A stretch of DNA of 64,000 nt, taken from NCBI GenBank assembly GCA_964528645.1, contig CAZGSR010000005.1, positions 2,719 through 66,718 of the forward strand, read 5' to 3'. The stretch is from an uncultured Mageeibacillus sp. (lineage in GTDB: Bacteria > Bacillota > Clostridia > Saccharofermentanales > UBA5734). Under the pieces are notes generated by a model. The model ran no database searches. It was not told the DNA's origin and worked only from the letters and a program-made list of their open reading frames with translations. This document shows, piece by piece, positions 60,745-64,000 of the stretch; positions within the stretch are counted from its first letter, which is position 1; every line of letters begins with the position of its first letter. Both the position numbers and the translations under genes were made by a program.

Positions 60745-61911
60745 GTGAGACATGAAGCGGTCGTCGTAGAGGTTGGTCGAACAAAGACCATTGTTCTGAC
60801 TGCAGATCATGCCTATCAGCATGTTCGCCGTCGCCCTGATCACATCGTCGGCCAGAAGATTCTCTTTGGGTCCAGTGATTTTCTCCTTTTCGGACACAAG
60901 CAGATGGAGGTAAGAAGCATGACAAAACAATGGATGACCGTGGCAGCAAGCCTGATTCTGGTCGCAGGACTCACCTTAGGGGGGCTTGCCCTTTTCCAAG
61001 GGAAGAACACGGTGCAGACAGCAAATGACAACATACAAAAGGAATCAAGCCAGTTGACACCAGAATCAGCGGCCGCCTTGGCTGCACATCCAGTAGCAGC
61101 AGTGATTGCTGTAGACATCAATCCCAGTGTTGAGTTGTCCTTGGATGCTGAGGGGTTGGTCATCGAGGCTGCAGCCATGAACTCGGATGCTGAAACACTC
61201 GATCTTGTTTCAGTTCTCGGGCTGCCAGCTGAAGAGGCAATTGCCACCATTGTTGCCATGGCCAGTGAGGCCGGTTTCATTACACCAGATGATGGCGTAG
61301 ATGACTTTGTCGTCCTGACTGCAGTCAATCTCGAGGATTCTCTTGATACTTCTGCAGAAGAAACTACAGCGGAGTCAGCAGAGGTTCTGACCGATGACGG
61401 CTCAACTGAAACAGCGATTGATCAGGTGCTTTCACGATTGCGCCAGAGACTGATTGAAAATCCGGATCTTGACGCAGTCACCTTTGCGATGCTGCAAGCC
61501 ACTGAACAACAGCGGCAAATCGCCCATGAACAGCAGATTCCGCTGGGACTGGAACTGGTCAATGAACTTGCCATCGCAAATGGAATCGAGCCGGTTGATT
61601 CCGTCCGCGAATTTTTCCTGAATCCTGACCTGTTTCTGCTCGCACTTGAAAATGGCCTGGTGGTCAAACGTCCTGGGCCGGGACCAGGGAGTCAATCTGA
61701 TCACAGTGAAACCATGGGTCTGACTCAAAGTTCCGGTCAGGGTCCTGGTCAGTCTGACGGCTTACTTGCCGGCGGTGGTGATGGAAGCGGTTCTGGTCCG
61801 GAAAATGCCCCGCGCAGTGGAGACCCGACCGGTGAACCAACGGGCGAACCAACTGGTACCGGTCAGGGAGCTGGCGGTGCCAATCGAGGTGGCAAACGAA
61901 GCGACTCCTGA
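60745..61911 (+). CDS. rsgI: anti-sigma-I factor RsgI-like (N-terminal RsgI domain, one TM segment, and an extracytoplasmic region with a disordered Gly/Pro/acidic tail)
   Basis: VRHEAVVVEVGRTKTIVLTADHAYQHV...GQKILF fits the RsgI N-domain pattern. GTG 60745 has SD AAGGAGA. TM segment MTVAASLILVAGLTLGGLALF. Confidence 0.7.
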   Translation: MRHEAVVVEVGRTKTIVLTADHAYQHVRRRPDHIVGQKILFGSSDFLLFGHKQMEVRSMTKQWMTVAASLILVAGLTLGGLALFQGKNTVQTANDNIQKESSQLTPESAAALAAHPVAAVIAVDINPSVELSLDAEGLVIEAAAMNSDAETLDLVSVLGLPAEEAIATIVAMASEAGFITPDDGVDDFVVLTAVNLEDSLDTSAEETTAESAEVLTDDGSTETAIDQVLSRLRQRLIENPDLDAVTFAMLQATEQQRQIAHEQQIPLGLELVNELAIANGIEPVDSVREFFLNPDLFLLALENGLVVKRPGPGPGSQSDHSETMGLTQSSGQGPGQSDGLLAGGGDGSGSGPENAPRSGDPTGEPTGEPTGTGQGAGGANRGGKRSDS

Positions 61912-61940
61912 CATACGGACAATCATAGTCACGACAAAGA

Positions 61941-61980
61941 AGAGGCCTGATCTTTCAACCGACCAGGCCTCTTTTCGTTT
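61941..61980 (+). terminator. intrinsic terminator after rsgI
   Basis: AGAGGCCTG-atctttcaaccgac-CAGGCCTCT followed by TTTCGTTT. Confidence 0.8.
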
Positions 61981-62030
61981 ATAATGACAAGCAGTACGTT
62001 GATCCCTAACAAATCCAGGAGGCTATCACG

Positions 62031-63206
62031 ATGAGCAGAAAAATTGTTGTCATTGGCAGCAGCATTGCCGGAATCACTGCCGCAGAGGCAGCCCGCAAGC
62101 AGGATCCCGAGGCCGAAATCGTCATTCTGTCCCATGAGGCCTTCATGCCATACTACCGGCTTCGGATCTGTGAAATCCTCAACGAGCCCGCTCTGGCTGA
62201 AAAGCTTTTTCTGCATCCTGCCAGCTGGTATGAGGAGCGCCGCCTGGAAGTCCGTCTGAATCAGACGGTTGTCGCGCTGGACCCGATCGAGAAGAAGTTG
62301 CGCCTCGACAATGGCCTGACGGAGTCATTTGACAGTCTGGTCATCGCCTCAGGCAGCCAGAGTTTCATCCCGCCTGTTCAGGGGATCGCCCGACCAGGCG
62401 TCCACTCGCTCTGGACGCTGCAAGATGCCCTGACGGTCGCCGAAGAGCTGCGCAAGGCAAAAAAAGTCATCGTGATCGGCGGCGGTTTGCTCGGTCTGGA
62501 AGCAGCCTATTTTGCCCGCAAAGCCGGTTGCGCCGTGGACATCATCGAAAAAAATTCACGCCTCCTTGGCAACCAGCTCGATGACGCTGGTTCACAGGTG
62601 TTCCTTGACCGCGTGCACAAACTGGACATCCAGGTCCATCTGTCAGCTGAGCTCAAGCAGATCCATGGTCAATCCGAGGAAAACACCAGCCCGGTCCAGC
62701 ATGTCCATCTGACCGATGGCCGGTTGCTGGAAGCGGACATGGTCCTGGTCTGCATCGGTGTCCGGGCCAATATCGGGTTCCTCGATTATTCCAACTTGGC
62801 CGTGCAGCGCCGGATCAGTGTCGATGACAAGATGGAAACGAGCACAACCGGGATCTATGCAGCCGGGGATGCTGCAGAACCCGGCGGCTACTGGTTCGGT
62901 CTCTGGTCTGTGGCCAAAGCCCAGGGCCTCGTTGCGGGCACCAATGCTGCCGGGGGCGATTTGTCCTTTGACAAGGTCATCCCACCCTATGTGATCAACA
63001 CCATGGAGACAAAAATTGTTGTCCAGGGTGACAAAGGCATCATGGGCGAGGCCCATTACGACCTCGATGCGCTGCTCAACGAAGATCATGGTACCTACCG
63101 CAAGCTGATCTATCGCGATGGCATTTTCAGCGGTTTTATCCTGATTGGCGATACGTCTGAATTCACGAAGTTGCAGAAATCTCTGGGGAAGCAGGGAAAA
63201 GAATAG
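62031..63206 (+). CDS. NAD(P)/FAD-dependent oxidoreductase (rubredoxin reductase / NirB-N-terminal-like)
   Basis: IVVIGSSIAGITAAEAARK, VIVIGGGLLGLEAA and YAAGDAAE motifs. Confidence 0.8.
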   Translation: MSRKIVVIGSSIAGITAAEAARKQDPEAEIVILSHEAFMPYYRLRICEILNEPALAEKLFLHPASWYEERRLEVRLNQTVVALDPIEKKLRLDNGLTESFDSLVIASGSQSFIPPVQGIARPGVHSLWTLQDALTVAEELRKAKKVIVIGGGLLGLEAAYFARKAGCAVDIIEKNSRLLGNQLDDAGSQVFLDRVHKLDIQVHLSAELKQIHGQSEENTSPVQHVHLTDGRLLEADMVLVCIGVRANIGFLDYSNLAVQRRISVDDKMETSTTGIYAAGDAAEPGGYWFGLWSVAKAQGLVAGTNAAGGDLSFDKVIPPYVINTMETKIVVQGDKGIMGEAHYDLDALLNEDHGTYRKLIYRDGIFSGFILIGDTSEFTKLQKSLGKQGKE

Positions 63207-63207
63207 C

Positions 63208-64000
63208 ATGCTTTTAAGCCTGTCGTTGATCATCATGCTGGGATTCGCCCTGAAGGGGATTTTCCAGAAACTCCAGTTACCTGGCCTGCTGGGGATGTTG
63301 TTGTCGGGCATCGTGCTGGGCCCGTATGTACTGGACTTGATTTCTCCCAATATTCTCACCATCTCGACTGACCTGCGGGAAATCGCCCTGATCGTGATCC
63401 TGGTCCGGGCCGGTTTGTCTTTGGACCTCAGGGACCTCAAGAAAGTGGGCCGGCCAGCGCTCCTGATGTGCTTTGTCCCAGCGACTTTCGAGATCATCGG
63501 TGTGGTTCTGCTGGCTCCGATTCTCCTGGGCATCAGTTATCTGGAGGCAGCGATCCTGGGGGCCATCCTCGGAGCTGTTTCGCCTGCAGTCGTCGTGCCC
63601 AAAATGATCCATCTGATCGAGTCCGGCTATGGCAGGAAACACAGCATCCCACAACTGATCATGGCCGGAGCTTCAGCCGATGACATTTACAACATTGTTT
63701 TATTCACGTCCTTCATGGGGATCTATGCTGGCCAGGGATTCAGCCCGGCGGCCATGCTGGAGATTCCGGTCTCGATCCTGACAGGGGTAGCGGTCGGGAT
63801 TGGTGCGGGTCTTGTGCTGGTCCGGATTTTCCGCCAGCTGCATATCCGGGATACGATCAAAGTCCTCATCATCCTCGGGGTATCGTTCCTGATGGTTGGC
63901 CTGCAAGACCTTGTCAGCCAAGTTGTTCCGTTTTCCGGCTTGCTGGCGGTCATGACGCTGGGGGGAACGATTCTCAAAACCTACGAAGTCCTGGCCCGGC
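63208..64000 (+). CDS. cation:proton antiporter (Na+/H+ exchanger family), 3'-truncated by the window edge
   Basis: Hand translation from ATG 63208 stays open to the window end. The product MLLSLSLIIMLGFALKGIFQKLQLPGLLGMLLSGIVLGPYVLDL ... LIVILVRAGLSLDL ... AGASADDIYNIVLF is polytopic. It is absent from the ORF track because no stop is reached. Confidence 0.8.
   Translation, partial: MLLSLSLIIMLGFALKGIFQKLQLPGLLGMLLSGIVLGPYVLDLISPNILTISTDLREIALIVILVRAGLSLDLRDLKKVGRPALLMCFVPATFEIIGVVLLAPILLGISYLEAAILGAILGAVSPAVVVPKMIHLIESGYGRKHSIPQLIMAGASADDIYNIVLFTSFMGIYAGQGFSPAAMLEIPVSILTGVAVGIGAGLVLVRIFRQLHIRDTIKVLIILGVSFLMVGLQDLVSQVVPFSGLLAVMTLGGTILKTYEVLAR

Overview
This 64-kb chromosomal window has moderately high GC and about 60 protein genes, one tRNA, and no rRNA or CRISPR. 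The gene content points to an anaerobic Bacillota (Clostridia-like) genome. That is an inference from the rnfCDGEAB operon, pyruvate:ferredoxin oxidoreductase, hybrid-cluster protein, a DnaD/DnaI-type loader pair and SigI/RsgI.

The core content covers four areas:
- DNA and cell-wall functions: dinB, rpiB, glgB, a class A PBP, M23 and NlpC/P60 hydrolases, and VanW.
- A GT2 plus polytopic-membrane glycosylation pair.
- Central metabolism and replication: a pgk-tpi fusion, gpmI, nifJ, the loader genes, acpS, rpmB, rnf, a trxB-like gene and the hcp locus with a Crp/Fnr regulator.
- Housekeeping and transport: serS, yebC, ppa, purK, a metal ABC importer and a partial cation/H+ antiporter at the 3' edge, which is absent from the ORF track.

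The accessory content is a large serine recombinase wedged between tRNA-Ser(GGA) and an arsenic-type cluster. That cluster has a DUF2703-like gene, acr3, a CoA-disulfide-reductase/rhodanese fusion and a mini-thioredoxin.

The candidates most worth follow-up are:
1. A translationally coupled pair: a P-loop NTPase fused to an Asp23-like domain, then a protein with an internally duplicated CxxC...CxxH module. A TusA-less YedF-like gene follows it.
2. A PHP phosphoesterase fused to a MutT-type Nudix domain and coupled to the glycosyltransferase pair.
3. A structured, terminator-ended leader in front of an unknown gene coupled to an orphan purK.
4. The recombinase junctions on both sides.
5. Intrinsic terminators that repeatedly abut the SD of the next gene.

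All family assignments come from motif recognition by eye. No BLAST or HMM search was run, and many long antisense ORFs in the track are GC-driven shadows.
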